A stretch of 64,000 nucleotides of DNA from Betaproteobacteria bacterium (GTDB taxonomy: Bacteria; Pseudomonadota; Gammaproteobacteria; Burkholderiales; SHXO01): positions 16,620 to 80,619 of the forward strand of contig JANXRW010000070.1 in the NCBI GenBank assembly GCA_025356655.1. The letters run 5' to 3'. A program made the translations under genes and the position numbers. Under the pieces are notes generated by a model. The model searched no databases, was not told the origin of the DNA, and saw only the letters and a program-made list of their open reading frames with translations. Positions 18,816 through 27,816 of the stretch are shown one piece after another. Positions within the stretch are counted from its first letter, which is position 1, and each line of letters starts with the position of its first letter.

Positions 18816-19904
18816 GTGGGACTGAAGACGGTGGGAACGGCGGCACCAGGACCGGCCCGGGGGCGCGGTGCGGTCGGCAATCCGCACGGCCGCTTCGACC
18901 CGGAGCGGCGCGAGGTGCAATGGGACGACCAAGACCCCGAGGCCGACCTGCCCGGGCGCGCGCCCACGGTCGTGACGGCTGAGCGCGCGCGCAGCATCGT
19001 CTCGCGCAACGATTCACCGGACATCCCCTTCGTCTACTCCATCAATCCTTATAGGGGCTGCGAGCACGGCTGCATCTATTGCTACGCCCGGCCTTCCCAC
19101 GCCTATCTCGGGCTCTCCCCCGGCCTGGATTTCGAGACCCGGCTTTTCGCCAAAGTTAACGCGCCCGAACTGTTGCGCGAGTTCCTGGCGCGCCCCGGCT
19201 ATGCCTGCGAACCGATCGCCCTGGGCGCCAACACCGATCCCTACCAACCCGTGGAGCGGCAGTGGAAGATTACCCGGGCGCTAGTGGAGGAATTCGCCCG
19301 GTGCGAGCACCCATTTACGATCGTCACGAAGAATGCGCTGGTGGAACGTGACCTGGACCTGCTCGCGCCACTGGGGGCGAAGCGGTTGCTGAAGGTGTTT
19401 GTTTCAATCACCACGCTCGATAACAATCTCGCGCGCCACATGGAGCCCAGGGCATCGAGCCCGCAGCGCCGCCTGCAGGCGATCACGCGGTTGCGCGAGG
19501 CGGGTATTCCGGTGGGCGTCCTGGTGGCGCCGGTCATCCCCTTCCTCACGGATGCCGAATTGGAGTCCATCCTCGAGGCGGCGGCCGCGGCGGGCGCGGG
19601 AACCGCTGGCTATGTGCTGCTGCGATTGCCCCACGAGCTCAAGGACCTGTTCAAGGACTGGCTCGCCGCTTATTTCCCGCTCAAGGCGGCGCATGTCATG
19701 AGCCGGATCCGCGACATGCGCGACGGCCAAGAAAACGACGCTCGCTTCGGCTCCCGCCAGAGCGGCACGGGTGTGTTGGCGCAACTGTTGGCCAAGCGCT
19801 TTGCCGTTGCTCGGGAGCGCTACGGGCTCGCCACCCGCAGCAGTGACCTCGACTGCAGTTTGTTCCGACGGCCCGATGATGAGCGCCAAGGCCGTTTATT
19901 CTGA
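18816..19904 (+). CDS. Radical SAM protein, PA0069/Rv2578c family
   Basis: SINPYRGCEHGCIYCYARPSHAYLGLSPGLDFET, GANTDPYQPVE. Confidence 0.92.
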   Translation: MGLKTVGTAAPGPARGRGAVGNPHGRFDPERREVQWDDQDPEADLPGRAPTVVTAERARSIVSRNDSPDIPFVYSINPYRGCEHGCIYCYARPSHAYLGLSPGLDFETRLFAKVNAPELLREFLARPGYACEPIALGANTDPYQPVERQWKITRALVEEFARCEHPFTIVTKNALVERDLDLLAPLGAKRLLKVFVSITTLDNNLARHMEPRASSPQRRLQAITRLREAGIPVGVLVAPVIPFLTDAELESILEAAAAAGAGTAGYVLLRLPHELKDLFKDWLAAYFPLKAAHVMSRIRDMRDGQENDARFGSRQSGTGVLAQLLAKRFAVARERYGLATRSSDLDCSLFRRPDDERQGRLF

Positions 19905-19934
19905 GCGCTGGCGCCTGCGCGCCGGTGGGTTCTC

Positions 19935-20240
19935 ATGATCCGCATCTACCGCGCGGCGAGCCTGCCCGACGCCCATCTGCTGAGGGCACTCCTGGTTCAA
20001 CTGCGTATCGACGCCTGCGTGTTCAACGAGCACGCCCAGGCCGGCGCTGGTGAATTGCCGCTGACCGAGGTGTACCCCGAAGTCTGGCTCATGGATGGAC
20101 GTGACCTGGAACGTGCCCGCGAGGTCATCCGTGAGTTCGAGGCGCCCGAGCCCGTCCGCGCGCCGAGACATTGTTCGGCTTGCGGCGAGGGCAGCCCGGG
20201 AAACTTCCAGGTGTGCTGGAACTGCGCTGGACCCTTGTAG
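19935..20240 (+). CDS. DUF2007-type small protein with C-terminal zinc ribbon
   Basis: MIRIYRAASLPDAHLLRALL...GELP...PEVW; CSACGE...CWNC. Confidence 0.75.
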   Translation: MIRIYRAASLPDAHLLRALLVQLRIDACVFNEHAQAGAGELPLTEVYPEVWLMDGRDLERAREVIREFEAPEPVRAPRHCSACGEGSPGNFQVCWNCAGPL

Positions 20241-20265
20241 GCGTAGCGCTTCCGCTCTGTCGTCG

Positions 20266-20301
20266 CGCCCTCTTTTGGGGCGGTCGCACTAATTTGGTGC
20301 G
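20266..20301 (+). promoter_or_regulatory. Two tandem NtrC-type enhancer sites
   Basis: CGCCCTCTTTTGGGGCG (20266-20282) and CGCACTAATTTGGTGCG (20285-20301) against the NtrC consensus TGCACCA-N3-TGGTGCA; 75-110 nt upstream of a sigma54 promoter. Confidence 0.7.
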
Positions 20302-20375
20302 CCTCGTCTGCCTGCGCCGATGCGGCTCTCGCGGTGCTGGGCTGCGGGGGGCGCCGGCAGGGCCTTTGCCGGTGC

Positions 20376-20391
20376 TGGCACGGGCATTGCA
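20376..20391 (+). promoter_or_regulatory. sigma54 (-24/-12) promoter of ybiB
   Basis: TGGCAC-GGGCA-TTGCA, an exact match to TGGCAC-N5-TTGCW. Confidence 0.85.
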
Positions 20392-20441
20392 GAGAAGGCG
20401 AACCGTCCAGGGCTGCGAAAGCGGCCCGCCAGGAGAACCCC

Positions 20442-21476
20442 TTGACCTTCAGCCAATGCATCCGGCGCCTGTGCGCACCCGTGGGTACCGTAGAGCCCTT
20501 GAGCGAAATGGAGGCCCATGAGCTCTTCGCCGCCATGCTCGACGGTGGCGTCCAGGAAATGGAGCTGGGGGCGCTGCTGGCCGCCTTGCACCTTAGCCCG
20601 CGCAGTGCCCAGGAATTGGCGGGGTTTCATCGGGCGGCCACGGAGCGCTCCTACTGCTTGAACGCTCCGCTGGGGCGTCTGCGGCCACTGGTGATCCCGG
20701 CCTTCGGCGGCGCCCGCCGCCAGCACAATCTACTGCCGCTGCTAGCCATGCTGCTGGCCCGCCTCGGCGTGCCGGTGCTCATGCAGGGGCCGCTGGACGC
20801 GGGTGGCCGTGTCGGCGCGGTCTACATCCTGCGCGAACTAGGCGTGCTGCCGAGCGCCACAGTGGCACAGGCACAGCAAGCCCTCGACGAGCGGCTGATC
20901 GCGTTCCTCCCAGTCGCTGCCCTGTGCCCAGGGCTGGCGAGCCTGATTGGCCTGCAGCCGCGACTCGGATTTCCCACGGCCGGGCATCTGGTGGCACCCC
21001 TGATGGATCCGTTCGGCGGGGAGGGAATGCGCTTGGTGGGTGCAGCCAGCGCGGCTGAAACGGAAACCCTGGGCGGATTCCTTGCGGCCAGTGGCGCTAA
21101 TGCTCTGCTCCTGCGCTCCACCGAGGGGGATCCGTTTGCCGATCCCTTTCGGCGTCCGCGTATCGAGTTTTTCGCCGACGGGGATGCCCATGCGCTCTTC
21201 GAGGAAGAGGCGGCGCCGGTCGACCCGGTCGCGGGCCTGCCCGAGCGGGTCGAAGCCGCCGCCACGGCGGGCTGGATCCGCCAAGCACTCGCGGGCGACG
21301 CTCCCATTCCCCATCCCCTGGTCAACCAATTGGCTTGCTGCCTGTATGCCTGCGGCTATACCGACGACATGAACCAGGCGAAGGCCATCGCCGCCGTGGA
21401 GACCAGCAGTCTCTCGCCCGTGGTCGATCGTCGGCGCAGACCGCCACCACGCCTGCCAACGCCGCTGCCACGCTAA
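20442..21476 (+). CDS. ybiB: YbiB / TrpD2 family protein (glycosyltransferase family 3-like)
   Basis: AMLDGGVQEMELGALL, IPAFGGARRQHNLLPLLA, GVPVL, ALLLRSTEGDP; AGGAG SD before TTG 20442, just downstream of the sigma54 promoter. Confidence 0.85.
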   Translation: MTFSQCIRRLCAPVGTVEPLSEMEAHELFAAMLDGGVQEMELGALLAALHLSPRSAQELAGFHRAATERSYCLNAPLGRLRPLVIPAFGGARRQHNLLPLLAMLLARLGVPVLMQGPLDAGGRVGAVYILRELGVLPSATVAQAQQALDERLIAFLPVAALCPGLASLIGLQPRLGFPTAGHLVAPLMDPFGGEGMRLVGAASAAETETLGGFLAASGANALLLRSTEGDPFADPFRRPRIEFFADGDAHALFEEEAAPVDPVAGLPERVEAAATAGWIRQALAGDAPIPHPLVNQLACCLYACGYTDDMNQAKAIAAVETSSLSPVVDRRRRPPPRLPTPLPR

Positions 21477-21679
21477 GCGCCACGGCCGCGGTTCCCGCCC
21501 CACCGGGGTGAACCCCCCGACTCAGCAAATGGGGAGCCGGTGCGTATTGCAGAGGCAACGGGCTAGCGCGTCAGTGGCAAGCTGTGGGGAGCAATTTCCG
21601 TCCCTTCGGTTGTGGGACACTGGAAATTGCACCGCACCTTTGCGTCCCTTATCGGGCGCTCACCCATCGGGCCCCGCCT

Positions 21680-22459
21680 ATGAAATCGTCCGACGCTTCG
21701 TCCGTCGCCATTCCAATTCCCTCCTCGCGCTCCGCGGGCGCGCGCCTACTGGCGCGGGTTGGCTGCGCCTCGGCTGGCGCGCCGGGTAAGTCCAACGATG
21801 ATTTCTACGGTGTCGTGGGGCCGCGGAGCGCGGCCGAAGCGGGCAAGGGTCTCGTCGTCGCCGTGGCCGACGGGGTGAGTGGGGGTGGCGGGGGGCGCTT
21901 GGCGTCGGAGGTCACCGTCGGCTGCGTCACTGCGGATTACTTCACCACGCCGGACGCTTGGCCCCAGGGGATCGCGCTCGACAGGGTCCTGCAGGCGGCC
22001 AACAGTTGGCTGGCGGGCGAGGGCATGCGCCGCCCCGATCTGCAGGGCGCGGTGGCCGCCGTGAGTGTACTGATCCTGCGCGACCAAGAGTACTACTTGG
22101 CCCACGTGGGAGACACGCGCGTCTATCTCCTGCGCGACGGCCACCTGCGCCAACTCACCGCCGACCACTCCTGGCCGCGCCGGGACATGCGCCACGTGTT
22201 GCGGCGCGCGGTCGGTCTCGACAACCACCTCGTGGTGGATTGTGCCCAGGGCCCCCTGCGCGACGGGGACAAGTTCCTGCTCGTCACCGACGGCGTGTGG
22301 GATGTGCTGGGCGAGGCGGCGCTGCTCGGCGCCCTGGCCGATCCCGGCGGCGAGCAGGCCGCCGCCATCGGGCTCGTTCAGGCCGCACGCGAGCGCCAAG
22401 CGGCCTATCATGGGCGCAACGACGCTACCGCCCTTGTGGTGTCTCTGGCGAGCGCCTGA
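21680..22459 (+). CDS. PP2C-family Ser/Thr protein phosphatase
   Basis: NDDF, VAVADGVSG, AHVGDTRVY, LTADH, LRRAVG, LLVTDGVW, DATALVV. Confidence 0.88.
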   Translation: MKSSDASSVAIPIPSSRSAGARLLARVGCASAGAPGKSNDDFYGVVGPRSAAEAGKGLVVAVADGVSGGGGGRLASEVTVGCVTADYFTTPDAWPQGIALDRVLQAANSWLAGEGMRRPDLQGAVAAVSVLILRDQEYYLAHVGDTRVYLLRDGHLRQLTADHSWPRRDMRHVLRRAVGLDNHLVVDCAQGPLRDGDKFLLVTDGVWDVLGEAALLGALADPGGEQAAAIGLVQAARERQAAYHGRNDATALVVSLASA

Positions 22460-22551
22460 GCTCGTCCAAGTCACGGGGTTTTGTTGCCGCCGCCGTCATT
22501 GGATAGAATAGCGGTCTCTATAATTGTCACTTCGCCCCGGAGAACACCACC

Positions 22552-23133
22552 ATGGCCTTCGAACTGCCTGCTCTTCCCTACGCGCTCGACGCGCTGGCTC
22601 CCCACATCTCCAAGGAAACGCTCGAGTTTCACTATGCCAAGCATCACCAGACCTACGTGACCAACCTGAACAACTTGGTGAAGGGCACGGAGTTTGAGTC
22701 GGCTACCCTGGAAGACATCATCAAGAAGTCCGCGGGCGGGGTCTTCAACAACGCCGCGCAGGTTTGGAATCACACCTTCTACTGGCACTGCCTCTCCCCC
22801 AACGGCGGCGGCGAGCCGACGGGCGCCCTGGCGGCGGCTATCAACGCCAAGTTCGGCAGCTTCGAGGAGTTCAAGCGGCAATTCACCCAGACCTCCGTGA
22901 CCACCTTCGGTTCCGGCTGGGGGTGGCTGGTGAAGAATGCCGATGGATCCATCGAACTGGCGAGCACCTCCAACGCGGGCACGCCGATGACCGGCGGGAA
23001 GACCGCGCTGCTCACCTGCGATGTATGGGAGCATGCCTACTACATCGACTACCGCAACCGCCGTCCCGACTACGTCGGCGCTTTCTGGAACCTCGTGAAC
23101 TGGGACTTCGTGGCAAAGAACTTCGCCGCCTAA
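22552..23133 (+). CDS. sodB: Fe superoxide dismutase
   Basis: [24 protein letters not shown] (Fe-type AAQ), [13 protein letters not shown]. Confidence 0.97.
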   Translation: MAFELPALPYALDALAPHISKETLEFHYAKHHQTYVTNLNNLVKGTEFESATLEDIIKKSAGGVFNNAAQVWNHTFYWHCLSPNGGGEPTGALAAAINAKFGSFEEFKRQFTQTSVTTFGSGWGWLVKNADGSIELASTSNAGTPMTGGKTALLTCDVWEHAYYIDYRNRRPDYVGAFWNLVNWDFVAKNFAA

Positions 23134-23262
23134 AACCCCGTCGGGGTGCCGTCCGCCAGCGGCGGGCGGCGTCCACGGACCATCCGGCCGGAAGATGCGA
23201 AACTCCCCGCCGGTGCCGGCGACCTTCCCTGGCGCCCAATCGAACAACGGGCGAACCCGACC

Positions 23263-23685
23263 ATGACCGCTTACCCGCGTTTTACCATCAACCGCCACCT
23301 ACTGATACTCGGGTATCGACAGCCTTTCCTCGACTGGCTGCTGGAAGTCGATCCGCAGCCGCCGGGCACCATCACGCTAGAGAGCTTGCGCGAGGATGCG
23401 GAAGCTTTTCTGGTGCCGGAGAACGCCGCGGAGACGCTGGAGGACGCGGTGCGCTGGGTCGAACGGCGCTGGCGAATGTTCTTCGAGCACATCCTCGGCC
23501 AGTGGTTGACCGACGAAGCCCTCTGGCCGAAGGAGTGCAACCTGAAGATGTTCCGGCAGTGGTTCGATGTCCAGTACCACTCCCTGCTCTGGGATCTCGG
23601 CACCACGCCGCTGCTGCTGGAAGATTGGGAGGAGGAGGAGGACGACACCGAGGCCGACGACTCCCACCCCGAAACCTACCACTAG
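23263..23685 (+). CDS. Conserved-looking hypothetical acidic protein
   Basis: INRHLLILGYRQPFLDWL...FFEHILGQWLTDEALWP...FRQWFDVQYHSLLWDL; coding-like codon usage; acidic tail. Confidence 0.7.
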   Translation: MTAYPRFTINRHLLILGYRQPFLDWLLEVDPQPPGTITLESLREDAEAFLVPENAAETLEDAVRWVERRWRMFFEHILGQWLTDEALWPKECNLKMFRQWFDVQYHSLLWDLGTTPLLLEDWEEEEDDTEADDSHPETYH

Positions 23686-23709
23686 GCGCGCGGCGAAGCC
23701 ACCGCGCGC

Positions 23710-24150
23710 TTATTGGTTGCCGCCGGGAAGCCGGTCTAGCCCCTCCACCTTGTCGCCAGCGCGCACGCGATGGCGGCGGAACCAGCCTTGGTTCATCTCC
23801 AGTGCATAGGCCGCCGCTCCCAGGGCGCCGTGCGCGGTTTCCGTCTCCGGTTCCATGTCCTCTACGTTTAGGACGCGGCCGCGTGTATCGAGGAAGGCCA
23901 CGCTGAGTGGAATCAGGGTGTTTTTCATCCACATGCGCCAGGGCCCCGGCTGCTCGTACACGAACAGCATACCCGAGCTCTCGCCCAGCGATTTGCGATA
24001 CATCAGGCCAGTCATCCGGGTCTCCTGAGTGTTGGCGAGCTCCACCCGGACTGTTTCGTTGCGTAGCCGCACTGGATAGGTGAGCAACGGATCCGCCGTC
24101 GCCGATGCGGCGCACATTAAGGTCAACAGAGCAAGCAGGATACGGTTCAA
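23710..24150 (-). CDS. DUF192 family exported protein
   Basis: On the minus strand (track label is wrong; TTA at 23710-23712). GLMYR, GMLF, MWMKNTLIPLSVAF, ALEMNQGWF; GGAGGAG SD before TTG 24150. Confidence 0.88.
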   Translation of the reverse strand: MNRILLALLTLMCAASATADPLLTYPVRLRNETVRVELANTQETRMTGLMYRKSLGESSGMLFVYEQPGPWRMWMKNTLIPLSVAFLDTRGRVLNVEDMEPETETAHGALGAAAYALEMNQGWFRRHRVRAGDKVEGLDRLPGGNQ

Positions 24151-24221
24151 GCGGGCACTCCTCCGGTTGGGCCCCGATTTTGCTGGGCGATGGCGAAACT
24201 GAAAGCTTAATGTATCCCGCT

Positions 24222-24248
24222 TAAAGTATCCCGTGCGGGAGTCGTTAT
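24222..24248 (+). promoter_or_regulatory. sigma28 (FliA)-like promoter upstream of the kinase operon
   Basis: TAAA-N15-GTCGTTAT; exact spacing, 5/8 match to GCCGATAA. Confidence 0.5.
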
Positions 24249-24369
24249 TTCCCTCCGGACTGTCTAGCTCCGGGAGACATGCCGCACACACCACGCGGTA
24301 GCCTTGCCGGTCGAAAATCGCGAAGCGGGTTTACTCCAAGTGCAGAAATTGCTGCCCGTCCTGCCCCAA

Positions 24370-27300
24370 ATGAGCCCTCAGCGCGCCGCCTGGATTGCCT
24401 TTGGCGCGGCGCTGGCCGTGACCGTCGTCCTTTGGCTAAGCGTCCGCGTAGCCGAGCGCGCGCGCGCCGAGGAGGACGTGCGTGCAAGGGCGGGGGCGCT
24501 GGCTTCGCGAGTCACCGATCGTTTGCGCTCCTACGAATTGCTCCTCAAGGGAGGCGATGCGCTGTTCGGGGCCACGGGCGAGGTCTCGGCGCCCAACCTG
24601 CGCGGTTACCTCGGGGGCCTCGGGTTGGCACGCAGCCATCCCGGGCTGCTCTCGGTTGGGCTGGCAATGGCCAGTACAAGCAGCGTGGAGCCGGCGGTCC
24701 CGACGCCCACTGGCGCACTCGGCTGGCGACTGTGGGCGCCGGTGACGGTGGTGCTCGGTAGCGGTAATCCGGGCGCCTTACCCACGGGCTCGGACCTACT
24801 GGCTGACGCTTCACAGCGGGCGGCCCTGCTGCACGCCCTACCCACGGGTGCCCCGGTGCTGTTGGCGGCTGGGTCCGCCGGAGCGCCCGGTCCGGCAACG
24901 CTGATCCTGACATTGCCCCTCTTCGCGCCCGAGGTGCCGGCCGCTGACACCGCCCGGTCAACGCAGGATCCGGACTCCCGCTTGCGTGGCTGGATCTTCG
25001 CCACCTTCGCCCTCGACGCGCTCCTTAGCCCGATGTCGGAACCGCCGGCGCCGCCCCTGGAGGTGACCCTGTTCGCCGGGCCGCAGATCCGCCCGAGCGA
25101 CCTCGTCTACCGCTCGGCCAACACATCGCCCCTCTCGTCCTCGGGCGGATCTTCCGCCGAGCGCTGTACAGCGCTGTCGCGGGCCGAGGTGGCTGGTGGT
25201 GCGTGGACGCTCTGCGCTTTGGCCAGTGAACCGCGCGGCGAGTCGCTCGGGGCGGTCTTGGTGCTGCTCTTGGGGCTTTCGGGAAGCGCCGGCCTGCTAC
25301 TCTGGGGCCGGGTGCTCCTCCGCGGTGCCCCCCCCGCCGCCCCGCGCATGGGACTCGTCCCCCTGCAACCGCTGCTCGACACGCTGCCCCAGCCCGTCGC
25401 GGTGCTGGACCGGCAAGGCCGGCTGATGCTGGTTAACCGCGCCTATGGCGAAATGGCCGGGTGCCCGAGCGGTGAATTGATCGGCCAGCGCCCGGTTGAG
25501 CACCTGGGGGATGCGCGTGCCCAACTGATCGGTCTGGCAGACGCCGCGGAGGCGGCCCTGGCCGAGCGCGAGGTCGGCTGGACCGGACCTGAGGGCGAGG
25601 TGCGCTGGCTGGCGTGGTATCGCCGGCCCCTGTCGGACAAGCCACAGCCTACGCTCGGCGTCGTCTGGACCGCGTACGATCTCTCTGGCGCGCGTGCCAG
25701 CGCGACCCAGGCGGCACAATTGCTGCAGGGCGTGCTCGATTCACTGCCCTTCCCGCTCCTGGTGCGGCGGGCCGACGGCGGGGTGCTCAACGCCAACACC
25801 GCGCTGTGCCGGCTGCTCGGTCGAGACCGCGAGGAACTCCTCGGCGCCCGTTGCGAGGTTGCTGAGCCAGAGGTCAATGGGCGTGGTTTGACCGAGGAGG
25901 CGGTTCGCCGCCACAAGGGCGAGGAGATTTGGGGGCGACGTAGCCACCGGGCGGTACCGTTGCCTGGGGTCGGCCCAATCTATGTCGAGGCGCTTGCCGA
26001 GGCCGACAGCCAAGGCACAGCGCGCGAGGCGGGCGGCAGCGAGGCCCAGCCGGGCCTGCTGAACGTTATTTCCCGCGCGGTCAGCGGCCGCGAGCCGCTC
26101 GGTGGTGTCCTGGGCGCCACGGTCTTGGCGCTAGCCGGGGAGTTCCCTGATTTCGAGGTGTTCTACGCTGTGGCCGACGCCCAGGGAGTGCTCACGGCGA
26201 CTCAGGCGGCTGGGTCCTGTCGCGTGCATCTCGCCAACCTGCAGATAGCCCTCGCGCAGGCGCCCGATTGGCGCGCGGCGCTGCAGCGTGGGCGGCCGCT
26301 CGTGGCGTCTGATGTGGGCTCCGCCGGTGGCCTGGGGGAGGTCCTGGCGCATCTTCGGGCTGCCGGCGTGGCCGCCCTGCTGCAATACCCCGTACTTTGC
26401 GAAGATCAATTGCACGGGACGATCGGCTTCGCGCTCGCCCATCCCCATTCCTGGGCGCCCGCGGAGGTTAGCCGGTTGGGCGGCGTGGCGGCCACCCTGG
26501 AGGTGATCTGCCATGGGGCCCGGGCTGAGCAGGTCCGTCTGCAGGCCGAGCAGGCGCTGCGCGAGAGCGAGCGCAAACTGCAACTCGCTGTGTCGACCTC
26601 CGGGGTTGGCCTTTGGCGGCTCGATCTCGCGAGCGGGTCCTTCGAGGGGTCGCCCCTGTGGCGGGACCTCCTCGGGATTTCGGCGCTGGGCGCGCCGTCG
26701 CATTTGGATCAGTGGCTGGAGTTGGTGCATCCGGAGGATCGCAGCCGCATCTGGGCGTATAACCACGACATCCGCGCCGGTAAAGCCATCCACTTCGAGG
26801 TGGAGTACCGTGCCCGGCATGGCGACGGCAGTTACCGCTGGTTGCTCTCCCGCGGTCGCGTGGAGCGCCGCCCAGATGGCCGTGCTGCCAGCATGTTCGG
26901 CGGCCATATCGACATTACGCCCCTGAAGCAGACACAGGAGGCGCTGCGCCAGCACCGCGATAACATGCAGCAACTAGTCGACGAGCGCACCGCTCAGTTG
27001 CGGGCGGCGAAGGACGCCGCCGAGGGGGCGAACTTGGCGAAATCACAGTTTCTGGCCAATATGTCGCACGAACTGCGTACGCCCATGCATGCAATCCTGT
27101 CCTTCGCACGGCTGGGCATGGAGCGCCTGCAGGAGGCGGAGCCCAACGTTGCGAAACTCAAGCAATATCTGGCGCGCATCACCGGCGGGGGCGAGCGCCT
27201 CCTGGGGTTGCTCAACGACTTGTTGGATCTCTCCAAACTCGAGGCCGGAAAGATGGGTTACCGGCTGGCGGAGACGGACCTTGAGGACCTTGTTCGGGAC

Positions 27301-27816
27301 GTTGCCGCCGAGATGGAGGCGATGGCCCGCCACAGGCAAGTGAACCTGGTCGTCATACGGCCCGAGGTCGCCACTCTCATCTGGGGCGACCGCGACCGGA
27401 TCGGCCAAGTCGTGCGCAACTTGCTCACCAACGCCCTCAAGTTTAGTCCGGAAGGATCCGAAATTCGTGTGTGTTTCACTGCCGACGCCTTGCCCGAGCC
27501 GCGCCACGAGTCCGATCAGCCCGTCCGTGACGCGGTGCGGGTGACCGTGCGGGATTCAGGGATCGGAATTCCAGAGGATGAATTAGAGATGGTCTTCGAG
27601 TCGTTCGTGCAGAGCAGCCAAACCTCTAGTGGCGCCGGCGGCACCGGCCTGGGGCTCGCCATCTGCCGTGAAATCATCGATCATCACCGAGGGGTCATCT
27701 GGGCCGAAAACAATCCCACGGGCGGTGCCTCAGTGAACTTCGCCCTTCCCCGCGCCCCTGCACCCCTGAGTCCGGCCGTAGCGCGGTCGGGCTCGCCTAA
27801 GGAGGTAGTGTTATGA
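24370..27816 (+). CDS. Membrane sensor histidine kinase (TM-CHASE-like-TM, PAS, PAS, GAF, PAS/PAC, HisKA, HATPase)
   Basis: Two hydrophobic segments flank a CHASE-like region; LVHPEDR...FEVEYRARHGDGSYRWLLSRG PAS/PAC; H-box FLANMSHELRTPM; NLLTNALKF, DSGIGI, GGTGLGLAI. Start lies between 24304 (TTG) and 24370 (ATG). Confidence 0.93.
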   Translation: MSPQRAAWIAFGAALAVTVVLWLSVRVAERARAEEDVRARAGALASRVTDRLRSYELLLKGGDALFGATGEVSAPNLRGYLGGLGLARSHPGLLSVGLAMASTSSVEPAVPTPTGALGWRLWAPVTVVLGSGNPGALPTGSDLLADASQRAALLHALPTGAPVLLAAGSAGAPGPATLILTLPLFAPEVPAADTARSTQDPDSRLRGWIFATFALDALLSPMSEPPAPPLEVTLFAGPQIRPSDLVYRSANTSPLSSSGGSSAERCTALSRAEVAGGAWTLCALASEPRGESLGAVLVLLLGLSGSAGLLLWGRVLLRGAPPAAPRMGLVPLQPLLDTLPQPVAVLDRQGRLMLVNRAYGEMAGCPSGELIGQRPVEHLGDARAQLIGLADAAEAALAEREVGWTGPEGEVRWLAWYRRPLSDKPQPTLGVVWTAYDLSGARASATQAAQLLQGVLDSLPFPLLVRRADGGVLNANTALCRLLGRDREELLGARCEVAEPEVNGRGLTEEAVRRHKGEEIWGRRSHRAVPLPGVGPIYVEALAEADSQGTAREAGGSEAQPGLLNVISRAVSGREPLGGVLGATVLALAGEFPDFEVFYAVADAQGVLTATQAAGSCRVHLANLQIALAQAPDWRAALQRGRPLVASDVGSAGGLGEVLAHLRAAGVAALLQYPVLCEDQLHGTIGFALAHPHSWAPAEVSRLGGVAATLEVICHGARAEQVRLQAEQALRESERKLQLAVSTSGVGLWRLDLASGSFEGSPLWRDLLGISALGAPSHLDQWLELVHPEDRSRIWAYNHDIRAGKAIHFEVEYRARHGDGSYRWLLSRGRVERRPDGRAASMFGGHIDITPLKQTQEALRQHRDNMQQLVDERTAQLRAAKDAAEGANLAKSQFLANMSHELRTPMHAILSFARLGMERLQEAEPNVAKLKQYLARITGGGERLLGLLNDLLDLSKLEAGKMGYRLAETDLEDLVRDVAAEMEAMARHRQVNLVVIRPEVATLIWGDRDRIGQVVRNLLTNALKFSPEGSEIRVCFTADALPEPRHESDQPVRDAVRVTVRDSGIGIPEDELEMVFESFVQSSQTSSGAGGTGLGLAICREIIDHHRGVIWAENNPTGGASVNFALPRAPAPLSPAVARSGSPKEVVL

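Noticed and set aside
22503-22523. ATAGA-N9-TCTAT inverted repeat upstream of sodB as a Fur or IscR site
   Set aside because: Too short and too far from either consensus to support.
23710-24294. ORF-track entries labelled plus here and minus at 61035..62216
   Set aside because: Direct reading shows the opposite strands; features were corrected accordingly.
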